Shown in pieces: positions 32,357 through 43,503 of a DNA stretch of 64,000 nucleotides (within the stretch, counting starts at the first letter, position 1; each line of letters starts with the position of its first letter). Source of the DNA: an uncultured Methanosarcinales archaeon. GTDB lineage: Archaea; Nanobdellota; Nanobdellia; Woesearchaeales; DSVV01. The translations under genes and the position numbers were made by a program. Where the stretch lies: the NCBI GenBank assembly GCA_964593285.1, contig CAZQHZ010000004.1:1-64000 (forward strand). The letters are read 5' to 3'. Below the pieces are notes generated by a model, which was not told where the DNA came from, searched no databases, and saw only the letters and a program-made list of their open reading frames with translations.

Positions 32357-32541
32357 TTTACAATTCCTCTCTTTTTCTTTGAAGCTTCTGTCCAATTAAT
32401 ATTCCAAGGTTTTCTGTTTAATTTAAGCATATTTTTTTCACATTTATTAGAGCAAAAGTTAATAACTTTTCCATCTTTTTTAACAAACATTTTGCCAGTA
32501 CCGCTTGGTATTGTGGTACCACAAAAGTCACATTTATCCAT
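32353..32541 (-). CDS. rpl24e: 50S ribosomal protein L24e
   Basis: CDFCG..GTGKMFVKKDG..FCSNKC. Confidence 0.96.
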   Translation of the reverse strand: MDKCDFCGTTIPSGTGKMFVKKDGKVINFCSNKCEKNMLKLNRKPWNINWTEASKKKRGIVK

Positions 32542-32574
32542 TTTATATCACCATTTAATTTTATTTTTTAATTA

Positions 32575-32859
32575 TTAATTAGTTCCTCTATCAGCCTTAT
32601 TTAATTGATTTGCTTCAATTTCTGTTTCTCGAAGCATTAAAACATCTCCTTTTTGTACAGGGCCTTTAACATTTCGTCTAATTATTTTATTTTGATCTCT
32701 GCCTTCAAGAATTTTACATCTAACTTGAGTTGCTTCTCCTCTTGAACCTGTTCTTCCAACAATTTCTTCAACACTTGCAGGAAAACTTTGTGAAAATGAA
32801 ACAGCTCCTTTTTTTACATCTTCTTGAGCAGTAGTTTTTGATTGTTTTTTAGTTGCCAT
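32575..32859 (-). CDS. rps28e: 30S ribosomal protein S28e
   Basis: [24 protein letters not shown]. Confidence 0.95.
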   Translation of the reverse strand: MATKKQSKTTAQEDVKKGAVSFSQSFPASVEEIVGRTGSRGEATQVRCKILEGRDQNKIIRRNVKGPVQKGDVLMLRETEIEANQLNKADRGTN

Positions 32860-32875
32860 TTTACCTCATAATTAT

Positions 32876-33211
32876 TTAATTTTCAAGTAATTCTGAAACA
32901 ATGTCTTTTGCATCTCCTTCTTTAACAATTGCAACTGCAGAAGTTGAAACAGGAAGTCCAGCTGCAACACCTAATTCTTCTTTTGAAGTTATTTGAAAAT
33001 GTTTTATTCCTTTTTCTTTTGCAAGTAATGGAATGTGCATAATTACCTCAGGTGGAGTAACATCTTTTGCAGTTACAACAATTTTTGCATTTCCTTTTTC
33101 TATGCTTTTTGTAACTTCGTTTCCACCTTTTCGAATTTTTCCACTTGTTTTTGCAATTTCTATTGCTTGTAGTACTTTTTCATTTAATTCTTTACTTAAT
33201 TCTTCAGCCAT
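32876..33211 (-). CDS. rpl7ae: 50S ribosomal protein L7Ae
   Basis: GKIRKGGNEVTK, DVTPPEV, ELGVAAGL. Confidence 0.96.
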   Translation of the reverse strand: MAEELSKELNEKVLQAIEIAKTSGKIRKGGNEVTKSIEKGNAKIVVTAKDVTPPEVIMHIPLLAKEKGIKHFQITSKEELGVAAGLPVSTSAVAIVKEGDAKDIVSELLEN

Positions 33212-33324
33212 TTTTAAAATCCTCCTTAAATATCAATTTAAACCAATAAAATAATATTTTTAATTATGATAATTTTAAGCAAAAAGAAGTAAAATATTAA
33301 TTACATAAATTTATGTAATAAACC

Positions 33325-33372
33325 ATTAACCTCCTTTTAGCATAAAAAAGCCATCATAAATCATTGGTTAAT
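33325..33372 (-). promoter_or_regulatory. Candidate kink-turn in the rpl7ae leader
   Basis: AUUAACC-AAU-GA.../...GA-GGUUAAU: 7-bp C-stem, 3-nt bulge, tandem GA. Confidence 0.6.
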
Positions 33373-33478
33373 TTTGTTAGAAAAAGAAGTTATTTTTAAA
33401 TATTGTTATTTGTTTAAAATAAATATATTGTGTTTTAAATTTATGTTAATTAAAAAATAAAATAGAAAATAAACAAAT

Positions 33479-33646
33479 TTATTCTTTTTCTTCTTCATCA
33501 TCATCTTCATCATAGTAGCCTTGCATGAATGCTTCTTCTTCTGGAGATATTTCATCATTTTCAACTAATTCATCTCTAGACTTTTTTTTATATACATTCA
33601 TTTCAGTATCTTCAACGAAGTGATCTTCATCATATTTTTCATCCAT
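33479..33646 (-). CDS. Small acidic protein, 55 aa (not in ORF track)
   Basis: Manual translation MDEKYDEDHFVEDTEMNVYKKKSRDELVENDEISPEEEAFMQGYYDEDDDEEEKE. Confidence 0.7.
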   Translation of the reverse strand: MDEKYDEDHFVEDTEMNVYKKKSRDELVENDEISPEEEAFMQGYYDEDDDEEEKE

Positions 33647-33722
33647 TGTAGTGTAATTATGTAATGTAAATATTTAAATTTTGTGTTTTTTTAGTTTGAA
33701 AATAATTTTTTTATAATTAATT

Positions 33723-33902
33723 TTATTTTAAATTGTATTTTGGTTGAACAAATTTGATGAATATATATATAATTAATACAGTTAGTGCAAAAACAAACCA
33801 ATTTATTTTTTGAAATATCCATAAATTAACTGCAATTATAATTATAATTATGAAAATTACAGAAAATAATTTGTTTAAAAGATCTTTGCTTATGTTATCC
33901 AT
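33723..33902 (-). CDS. Small two-TM membrane protein, 59 aa (not in ORF track)
   Basis: GAGGA SD, MDNISKDLLNKLFSVIFIIIIIIAVNLWIFQKINWFVFALTVLIIYIFIKF... Confidence 0.6.
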   Translation of the reverse strand: MDNISKDLLNKLFSVIFIIIIIIAVNLWIFQKINWFVFALTVLIIYIFIKFVQPKYNLK

Positions 33903-33929
33903 TTTAAAATCCTCACAATTTTAGAGATG

Positions 33930-34722
<793 letters not shown>

Positions 34723-35239
34723 TTTTTTATTAAATATAATCTAATTAATAAATTTTTGTATAGATTTTTGACACATTTAAGAATCTTAATTATAATTTTG
34801 CTTAGAATAAAAAAATAAAAAAAAGAAACACCAACTCTCTATCCTTTGGTGATTCTAACCGCCCCCAAAACTATATCCTTTTTTAATCTACTTATTTAAA
34901 AAGTTTGTTATTTTTAATATACCATTTTTCCATACTAAAATATATAAAATTAATAAAAATAAATATTTGATAGAAAATTTTAGTAAAAATTTTGATAATT
35001 TTTATCATTATTTTTGCTTCTTAAAATTAATTTTATTTAGTTAAAAACAGTTATTTTATTTAGTTAAATTTAGTAAATTATCATNNNNNNNNNNNNNNNN
35101 NNNNNNNNNNNNNNNNNNNNNNNNNNNNNNNNNNNNNNNNNNNNNNNNNNNNNNNNNNNNNNNNNNNNNNNNNNNNNNNNNNNNATTTTATTTAGTTAAA
35201 AACAGTTATTTTATTTAGTTAAATTTAGTAAATTATCAT

Positions 35240-35321
35240 GTAAAATTATGTAATTTTACGATTAAAACTTTTAATCAAAAAGGAAAACTTTTAATTATTT
35301 TGGCGATTAAAAGTTTTAATT
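35240..35321. promoter_or_regulatory. Cluster of palindromes and repeated boxes
   Basis: GTAAAATTA-TG-TAATTTTAC (35240-35259); GATTAAAACTTTTAATC (35260-35276); AAAACTTTTAAT (35284); GATTAAAAGTTTTAATT (35305-35321). Confidence 0.55.
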
Positions 35322-35397
35322 AAATATTAAAATATGTAAGTATTTATTTTAAAAAACAAAAACTTTAAATATAAATTAGTTACTACTAAGTAATAAA

Positions 35398-35625
35398 ATG
35401 ATAAATGAAAATTCCATTAAGCAATCTTTTAGTAATGTAAAAAAAGATATTTTTGAAATTAATCAAAATTTAACTAATTTATCTGTTTCAAATAAAATTG
35501 AAAAACAAAATTTTAATGATTGGATTTTAAAAATTTTAGAGCGACAAAATAATTTGGAACAAGAAATTAACTCACTAAAAGAGAAATTTACATATCTTGA
35601 AAATCCAAAAAAATTTGTTTTTTAA
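35398..35625 (+). CDS. Small coiled-coil hypothetical protein
   Basis: 75 aa, heptad pattern, TATA-like box about 30 nt upstream. Confidence 0.6.
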   Translation: MINENSIKQSFSNVKKDIFEINQNLTNLSVSNKIEKQNFNDWILKILERQNNLEQEINSLKEKFTYLENPKKFVF

Positions 35626-36099
35626 GTTTTTAGCTTTAAAATTTTGAATTTTTATCTAAAATTTTCTTAAGTTAAAAATATACATATTTTCTATACTAGT
35701 GCTTGGCTGTCGGCATTATCTATGAATTAAACATAAAACTATCTAAATTTACACTAAAACATAAGATTTGAATTGTTTAAGGGGGGTTATAGGAAATAGT
35801 GTTCTAAAACTATTTTGTCGGGATTTTCTCCAAAAAACAAGTTGTTTTCGGTATTATATCTTACTAGACGGAATAATGCCATAATCGATACATTTTGCTC
35901 GGTGCCTTATTTTCGGGAAAATATCGAATATAAAAAAAACTAAAAATTTTAAGCTTTTTTTCTTTATTTTAGCAATGGTTTTGTACTATAAAAATAAAAA
36001 TTGAATATAAAGCATATAAAAAAAAATTATAAAAACTTTTAAGCATTGCTTAATAAGTTTACTTTTAATTATTTTTATTAATTAATTCTTTTTTCAATT

Positions 36100-36344
<245 letters not shown>

Positions 36345-36517
36345 ATTTTCTATATTAAAATTTTAGAAATAGTATTTATTTAACAAATTTTTTTTTTATA
36401 TCTAAAAAAATTAAAACTTTTAGTTTTTGCTAAAATGTTTTTAGATGTTGTTTCGACAGATGTCGATAAAATAGCAAAACATATAAAGTAATAAACATTT
36501 TAATATAATAAATTGAG

Positions 36518-37024
36518 GTGATAAAAGTAGCTGAAACAAAAATAATTTTAAAAGATAATGAACCAGATATTAATGCTAGCTCTGAAGAATTATCAAAAGT
36601 TATTATTGAGCGCCTTGGGTTAATGCCAAGAAAAAAAGGTTCCACTGAAAATATGTATAAAGTAATTATTGAACTTTATGAAAGGGCAAAAAATGCATCA
36701 CAAAAAAAAACACCAAATACTGCTATAATGACTGTTGAAGAGATGGGTTTTTTTGCAGGAATTACAAGGCAAACGATGTATGATTATTTAAAGCGATGGC
36801 TTGATATTGATTTAATAACAAAAGTGAGTTATATAGATATAAATAATAATGTAGTTATTGGTTATAGGCTTAATGGTAATACAATTGAGCAAGCATTTGA
36901 TAAAACACGAGTTAAAATTACTAATAATTTAGATTTTACATTAAAATATATACGGGAATTACAGCGTTTAGTTAAGAATGAAAAAATAAAAAATTCACAA
37001 AAAACAATAAAAGAAACAGATTAA
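36518..37024 (+). CDS. Winged-helix/HTH DNA-binding-like hypothetical protein
   Basis: MTVEEMGFFAGITRQTMYDYLKRWLDIDLI followed by a beta-wing-like segment. Confidence 0.7.
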   Translation: MIKVAETKIILKDNEPDINASSEELSKVIIERLGLMPRKKGSTENMYKVIIELYERAKNASQKKTPNTAIMTVEEMGFFAGITRQTMYDYLKRWLDIDLITKVSYIDINNNVVIGYRLNGNTIEQAFDKTRVKITNNLDFTLKYIRELQRLVKNEKIKNSQKTIKETD

Positions 37025-37138
37025 GTGATTTTACTGTTTTTATTTTTTATTTTATCGAATAGATAAATAATTTTTTTAAAAAAATGTCCTTATTTATTCG
37101 AAATATGTAAGCTAAAATATAATATATGTTTCAAATAA

Positions 37139-37177
37139 TTTAAACAATTGTTGATATAATGTCTACAATTGTTTGAA
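37139..37177. other. Inverted repeat / hairpin
   Basis: AAACAATTGT...ACAATTGTTT arms, each containing palindromic ACAATTGT. Confidence 0.5.
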
Positions 37178-37216
37178 ACTTAATTTTCGTTTTATTTGTT
37201 TTTTTATAAAAATTAC

Positions 37217-37388
37217 TAAAAGTGAGAGTTAATTTTTGTAAAAAATGGGTTAGAAATTTTTTGAAAAGTGAAAAAATAAAAATAAAGATATAAAATAAAA
37301 ATTATTCTAAAAATTGTATATTTATTTATTTATTCTAAAAAATTTTCCTTGGTGTTTTAGGATAAATATAGTTAAAAGTGAGAGTTAA
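37217..37388 (+). repeat. 16-bp perfect direct repeat TAAAAGTGAGAGTTAA, 2 copies
   Basis: Copies at 37217-37232 and 37373-37388 flanking an AT-rich spacer. Confidence 0.75.
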
Positions 37389-37470
37389 AAAATTAAATTT
37401 AATGTATAATTTATAAAGAAAATAATACATAAAGAATAACTTTTTAAAGTAATATTTTATCTTTTAAAAA

Positions 37471-38202
37471 ATGAATAGAAAAAAATTATTAAATGAACTT
37501 TATGAGAAAAATCTTATTGAAACAAAAAAAAAAATTAAAGATTCTATATCAGAGGATAATTTAATCAGTCAGACAATTAATTGTATTGAAGAATTGAATA
37601 AAACAGCAAATTTAAATTCAAAAAGACTTCGTGAATGGTTTGCATTGTATAATCCTGAAAAAACGAAAGAGATAACAGATAATTGTGCATTGGCTAAATA
37701 CGTTATTTTAAATAAAAATGAAAAAATATCTAATTCTATGGGCAGAGATTTTGATTGCCAAGATTTAGATGTTATTATTAAATTAGCAAATCATGTAAAT
37801 GAAATATACAAATTGATTGATTTTTACAAAAAATATCTTGATTATATAATGGATAAAAAATGTCCTAATTTAAAAGAAATCTGTGGTAGTTTAGTTGGGG
37901 CAAAATTAATTGAACATTGTGGTTCTATTAAAAAATTAGCAACAATGACTGCATCAACTATACAGCTTTTAGGTGCTGAAAAAGCATTATTTAGGCATTT
38001 AAAAACTGGATCAAAAGTTCCAAAGCACGGTTTAATACTTCAGCATCAATATGTTTCAAATGCAAAACAAAAAGATAAAGGAAAAGTAGCTAGAGCACTT
38101 GCTGATAAAATTGCAATTTGCGCGCGAGTTGATTTTTTTAAAGGAGAATTTATTGGAAAAAAATATAGAGAAGATTTTGAAGCAAGATTTAACATAAAAT
38201 AA
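37471..38202 (+). CDS. nop5: Nop5 (Nop56/58) C/D-box RNP protein
   Basis: LREW, CPNL, ASTIQLLGAEKALFRHL, PKHG, RVDFFKG. Confidence 0.93.
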   Translation: MNRKKLLNELYEKNLIETKKKIKDSISEDNLISQTINCIEELNKTANLNSKRLREWFALYNPEKTKEITDNCALAKYVILNKNEKISNSMGRDFDCQDLDVIIKLANHVNEIYKLIDFYKKYLDYIMDKKCPNLKEICGSLVGAKLIEHCGSIKKLATMTASTIQLLGAEKALFRHLKTGSKVPKHGLILQHQYVSNAKQKDKGKVARALADKIAICARVDFFKGEFIGKKYREDFEARFNIK

Positions 38203-38386
38203 AATTTTATTATTCTTTAATTGTTTTCTAACTTATTTATTTTGTTTTTATTTTGTTAAAATGCGTTTGTAAAAATTAGTAATATATTATATATATAAAA
38301 TAGCAAGCTTTAAATATAACCTTTTTTTTTCTATTATAAACTGCTTCTTATCATTCATATAGAGGTAGAATTGAGAGTTAAAGAAA

Positions 38387-39118
38387 ATGATAAAAGAAAA
38401 AGACATGATTGAAATTGAATTTACTGCAAAAACAAAAGATGATAACTTAGTTTTTGATACTACAAATGAAAAAATTGCAAAGGAAAATAATCTTGATACT
38501 AAAAATAATCAATTTAAACCAATTACTGTGATTTTAGGACAAAATCAGTTAGTAAAAGGTTTAGAAGATGATATGATTGGAAAAGAGATAAATAAAGATT
38601 ATGTAGTTGAAATAGTACCAGAAAATGGTTTTGGAAAAAAATCTGCAAAATTAATTAAATTAATTCCAACAAAAGTTTTCTACAAGCAAAAAATTAATCC
38701 AGTTCCTGGTTTACAGGTAAATATTGATAATTCAGTAGGTATTGTAAAAACTGTTACTGGTGGTAGAACTTTGGTTGATTTTAATCATCCATTATCTTCA
38801 AAAGATTTAATTTATGAATATAAAATAATTAAAATAATAACCGATATTACAGAAAAAGCAAAAAAATATGTTCAAAATGTTTTAGGAATTCCATGTGATG
38901 TTACTTTTTTAGATAATAAATTAACCCTTAAAGTTAATTTCCCACTAAATAAGGAAATTAAAGATAAAATTTCAGAAAACATTAAAGAAGTGATAAGTGA
39001 AATAAAAGAAGTTGATTTTGTTGAAAATCAAGAAAAAAAAACAAATAAAACTATAAAAAACGATAGTAAAGCAGAAATAAAAGAACAAAAACTATTAAAA
39101 GAAAACAAAAATAATTAG
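38387..39118 (+). CDS. FKBP-type peptidyl-prolyl isomerase (SlyD-like, long archaeal type)
   Basis: VFDTT, GQNQLVKGLE, PENGFG, VDFNHPL. Confidence 0.92.
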   Translation: MIKEKDMIEIEFTAKTKDDNLVFDTTNEKIAKENNLDTKNNQFKPITVILGQNQLVKGLEDDMIGKEINKDYVVEIVPENGFGKKSAKLIKLIPTKVFYKQKINPVPGLQVNIDNSVGIVKTVTGGRTLVDFNHPLSSKDLIYEYKIIKIITDITEKAKKYVQNVLGIPCDVTFLDNKLTLKVNFPLNKEIKDKISENIKEVISEIKEVDFVENQEKKTNKTIKNDSKAEIKEQKLLKENKNN

Positions 39119-39219
39119 TTACTAACCTTTAATGGCTAAATTTTTCGAAGAATTTATATATAAGTTAAATATGAATTAATAATTAAAAACAACTAAATTG
39201 TAATATAAGTGGGGTTAAA

Positions 39220-40404
39220 ATGAATGATTTTATAAAAATGGTTGGTGGAAATTCAAATTATGATAAAGAAAATTTTGAAAAAAGTCAAAATATGAATAAT
39301 GATTATTCTGAAAATGTTGAAGAAAAATCAGATAATGAACCAAAAATTTCAAAAAAGCATCAAATGGATGCTGAACTTGAAGCTATGATTTCAAGCCAAA
39401 AAGCTTCAATTAAAGTTATTGGAGCTGGTGGTGGTGGAAATAATACAATTAATAGAATTTCTGAAGTTGGAATTAAAGGAACAGATATAGTTGCAATAAA
39501 TACAGATGCTCAAGATTTATTATATACTACAGCTGATACAAAAATTTTAATTGGAAAAGAAATAACTGGCGGACTTGGTGCGGGTTCAATTCCAAAAATT
39601 GGCGAAGAAGCTGCACGAGAAAGCGAGCATGAAATTAAAGAATCAATCACTGGAGCTGATATGGTATTTATTACATGTGGACTTGGTGGTGGTACAGGTA
39701 CAGGTTCTGTTCCAGTTGTTGCTGAAATTGCAAAAAAATTAGGTGCATTAACTATCGGTATAGTTACAATGCCTTTTGCAATGGAAGGAAATAGACGATA
39801 TGAAAATGCATTGATTGGTCTTGAAAAATTAGAGCATATTGTTGATACTTTAATTGTTATTCCTAATGATAAACTACTTGAATTAGCACCAGAACTTCCA
39901 ATTCAAACAGCATTTAAAGTAGCTGATGAGATTTTAACCAATGCTGTTAAAGGAATTGCAGAACTTGTAACTAAAGCGGGATTAGTTAATTTAGATTTTG
40001 CTGATATTCGTGCTGTTATGGGAAAGGGAGGAGTTGCATTAATTGGAGTTGGAGAATCTGATTCTGAAAATCGGGCTGTGGAAGCTGTTCAAAAAGCTAT
40101 TGAAAACCCATTATTAGATGTTGATATATCAGGTGCTAATGGTGCTTTAATAAACATCATTGGTGGTAATGATATGACTTTAGATGAAGCAAGAAGAGTA
40201 GTTGAAACTATTTCAAATAAATTAGATGAGGATGCACGAGTTATTTGGGGTGCACAAATTAGTGAAGATATGCAAAATACACTTCGAACTATGCTTATTG
40301 TTACAGGTGTTAAATCATCTCAAATTTTTGGTAAAACACGGCGTAAAGCTGATGAACAAAAAGAAGAAATGGAGTCAGAATTAGGAATTGAATTTGTTGA
40401 TTAA
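39220..40404 (+). CDS. ftsZ: Cell division protein FtsZ (FtsZ1-type context)
   Basis: [23 protein letters not shown]; upstream of secE-spt5. Confidence 0.98.
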   Translation: MNDFIKMVGGNSNYDKENFEKSQNMNNDYSENVEEKSDNEPKISKKHQMDAELEAMISSQKASIKVIGAGGGGNNTINRISEVGIKGTDIVAINTDAQDLLYTTADTKILIGKEITGGLGAGSIPKIGEEAARESEHEIKESITGADMVFITCGLGGGTGTGSVPVVAEIAKKLGALTIGIVTMPFAMEGNRRYENALIGLEKLEHIVDTLIVIPNDKLLELAPELPIQTAFKVADEILTNAVKGIAELVTKAGLVNLDFADIRAVMGKGGVALIGVGESDSENRAVEAVQKAIENPLLDVDISGANGALINIIGGNDMTLDEARRVVETISNKLDEDARVIWGAQISEDMQNTLRTMLIVTGVKSSQIFGKTRRKADEQKEEMESELGIEFVD

Positions 40405-40405
40405 A

Positions 40406-40585
40406 ATGAATAAATTAGATAAATTAAAAATTAAATTTAATGAATATATGAGGGTTTTAAGAGTTACAAAAAAACCTGATAGTTATGAATTTAAAACAAT
40501 TGTTAAAGTTACAGGTATTGGTATTTTAATAATTGGAATTTTAGGATTTTTAATACAAAACATAAAATATTTATTTGGATTTTAA
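40406..40585 (+). CDS. secE: Protein translocase SecE/Sec61-gamma
   Basis: EYMRVLRVTKKP..EF..GILIIGILGF. Confidence 0.93.
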   Translation: MNKLDKLKIKFNEYMRVLRVTKKPDSYEFKTIVKVTGIGILIIGILGFLIQNIKYLFGF

Positions 40586-40594
40586 AGGTAAAAA

Positions 40595-41077
40595 ATGGAA
40601 ACAGAAACAAAAAAAGAACCGATAATTTATGCATTACGAACAACTGCAAATAGAGAAGATCAAGTTATGGATTTTCTTGGATCAAACATTATTAAAAAAA
40701 AGGTTAATGTTTATAGTGTAATTAGACCTCATGGTATGAGAGGTTATGTTTTTTTAGAAGCTGAATCTTTAATTGATGCAGAGCAGGCTATATTTAACAT
40801 CCCATATGCAAGAGGAATTTTAAAAAAACCAGTTAAATATTCTGAAATTGAACATTTATTAGAACAAGTTAAAAAAGAAATAAATATTAAAATTAATGAT
40901 ATTGCAGAAATTATTTCAGGTCCTTTTAAGATGGAAAAATGTAAAATTAAAAGGATTGATAAAGCAAAAGAAGAAGTCATTGTTGAATTATTAGAAGCTG
41001 CTGTTCCAATTCCTATAACATTAAAAATAGATGCTATTAAAGTTATTAGAAGAGATAGCGACGAAGATGAAGAATAA
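40595..41077 (+). CDS. spt5: Transcription elongation factor Spt5/NusG
   Basis: GYVFLEA NGN domain; ISGPFK KOW; AVPIPITL. Confidence 0.95.
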   Translation: METETKKEPIIYALRTTANREDQVMDFLGSNIIKKKVNVYSVIRPHGMRGYVFLEAESLIDAEQAIFNIPYARGILKKPVKYSEIEHLLEQVKKEINIKINDIAEIISGPFKMEKCKIKRIDKAKEEVIVELLEAAVPIPITLKIDAIKVIRRDSDEDEE

Positions 41078-41162
41078 TTCTTTTATTTTTTTTTGTTTTT
41101 TTTATTAAATTTATTTTTAAATTATATCTTAAATATAATAAAAAAATATTTTTTGAAAAAAG

Positions 41163-41624
41163 TTAATAATTTCTTTTATATTCGTCTTCTGCAAGCATTT
41201 CTAGAGCTTTTACTTTTTCTGCAACTCTTAAAAATTCGTGTAAACTCATCTTTTTTTTAATAGGAACATTTAAACTTATTCCTTCGCCTAAATCTATTAT
41301 TATTCCATCGATATTGTCCATATTTAATCCCTCTTTATTTTTAAAAATATTATTACTATTATCATTATTGATATTTGTAATATTTTCATCTTTTAAATTA
41401 TTATTTTCATTATTTACAACGTTATTTATTGGCTCATTATCTTGTTTTGGTATATTTTGAGCTGGTTTTGGTGCTGGCGGTGTTGGTGGAATTGGAGGTG
41501 TTGGTGGGATTGGTGCTGGTTTTGAAGGTTTTAAATTTTCTTGATTTAAATTATTATTAACATTCGCTTTTTGCTCATTTATATTATCTTGTATATTCAA
41601 TTTACCCATCAATTCTTTAATCAT
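41163..41624 (-). CDS. Hypothetical protein with Pro-rich linker
   Basis: PAPIPPTPPIPPTPPAP and small globular C-terminus. Confidence 0.65.
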   Translation of the reverse strand: MIKELMGKLNIQDNINEQKANVNNNLNQENLKPSKPAPIPPTPPIPPTPPAPKPAQNIPKQDNEPINNVVNNENNNLKDENITNINNDNSNNIFKNKEGLNMDNIDGIIIDLGEGISLNVPIKKKMSLHEFLRVAEKVKALEMLAEDEYKRNY

Positions 41625-41714
41625 TTATTCCCACCTTATTTTTTAATTATTAATACAATATAAAAACTTTATTTTTCATTTTAAAATAGTTATTTTTTTA
41701 TTTTTTATATTATC

Positions 41715-42505
41715 TTATATTTTATTTTTGATTGAATTTAAAATTTTTTCATTATACTTTTCTTCAATTCTCTGTTTTATTTTTTCATTTAATTTATTGA
41801 AATGTTCATCATCACAATTATATTTTTTTTCAATTGGCTCTTTATTTGAATTATTTTTAATATTAAATTGGTCTTGATTTTTTTCTGTTTGTAATTTTAA
41901 TTCTTCTATTTTTTCATTATATTTTTCTTCTAATTTTTTTATTATTAAATTTATATCAGTTGAATTTAAATTATTATTTATTTTAGTTTCTTTTGGATAA
42001 ATATGTTGATTTTTTGTATTATTATTATTATTATTATTATTATCATTATCAATTATAGAAAACCCTTTGTGGATTATTTTTTCATATTCTTTATTTAATA
42101 ATTCTTTTCTGTTTTCTAATTCTAATAATCTAAATTTAAGATATGATTCTTTTTGATTAATTTCTTCTTTTTTTTTTGAAATTATTTTTATTAAATTGTT
42201 TTTTATTGATAGATCTGGACTAGTAGTTGTTAAATTTTTNNNNNNNNNNNNNNNNNNNNNNNNNNNNNNNNNNNNNNNNNNNNNNNNNNNNNNNNNNNNN
42301 NNNNNNNNNNNNNNNNNNNNNNNNNNNNNNNNNNNNNNNTATTATTATTATTATTATTAAGAATTTTATTAGTATCATTTAAACTATGATGTTTTGAATT
42401 TATTTTATTTTTAGAAAATTTTATAGAATAATGATTATTTTTTTCAAGAGAATCTAATATAAAAGCCTTATCTGCAAAAAGTTTTTTTGGTTTTATTTTA
42501 AACAT
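41715..42505 (-). CDS. Asn-rich coiled-coil hypothetical protein split by an assembly gap
   Basis: Open frame before the gap; after the gap manual translation KNLTTTSPDL... runs to TAA at 41717-41715. Confidence 0.55.
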
Positions 42506-42508
42506 TTT

Positions 42509-43495
<987 letters not shown>

Positions 43496-43503
43496 CTTTT
43501 TAC

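Noticed and set aside
35030..35239. Identical 55-nt sequence on both sides of the N-gap
   Set aside because: An exact duplication abutting a 100-N gap is typical of assembler k-mer overlap; it cannot be taken as a biological repeat without reads
35695..35930. RNase P or SRP RNA call
   Set aside because: GGAGAAAATCCCGAC on the minus strand only loosely resembles the RNase P 5' motif; no matching P4 3' strand or SRP helix 8 found
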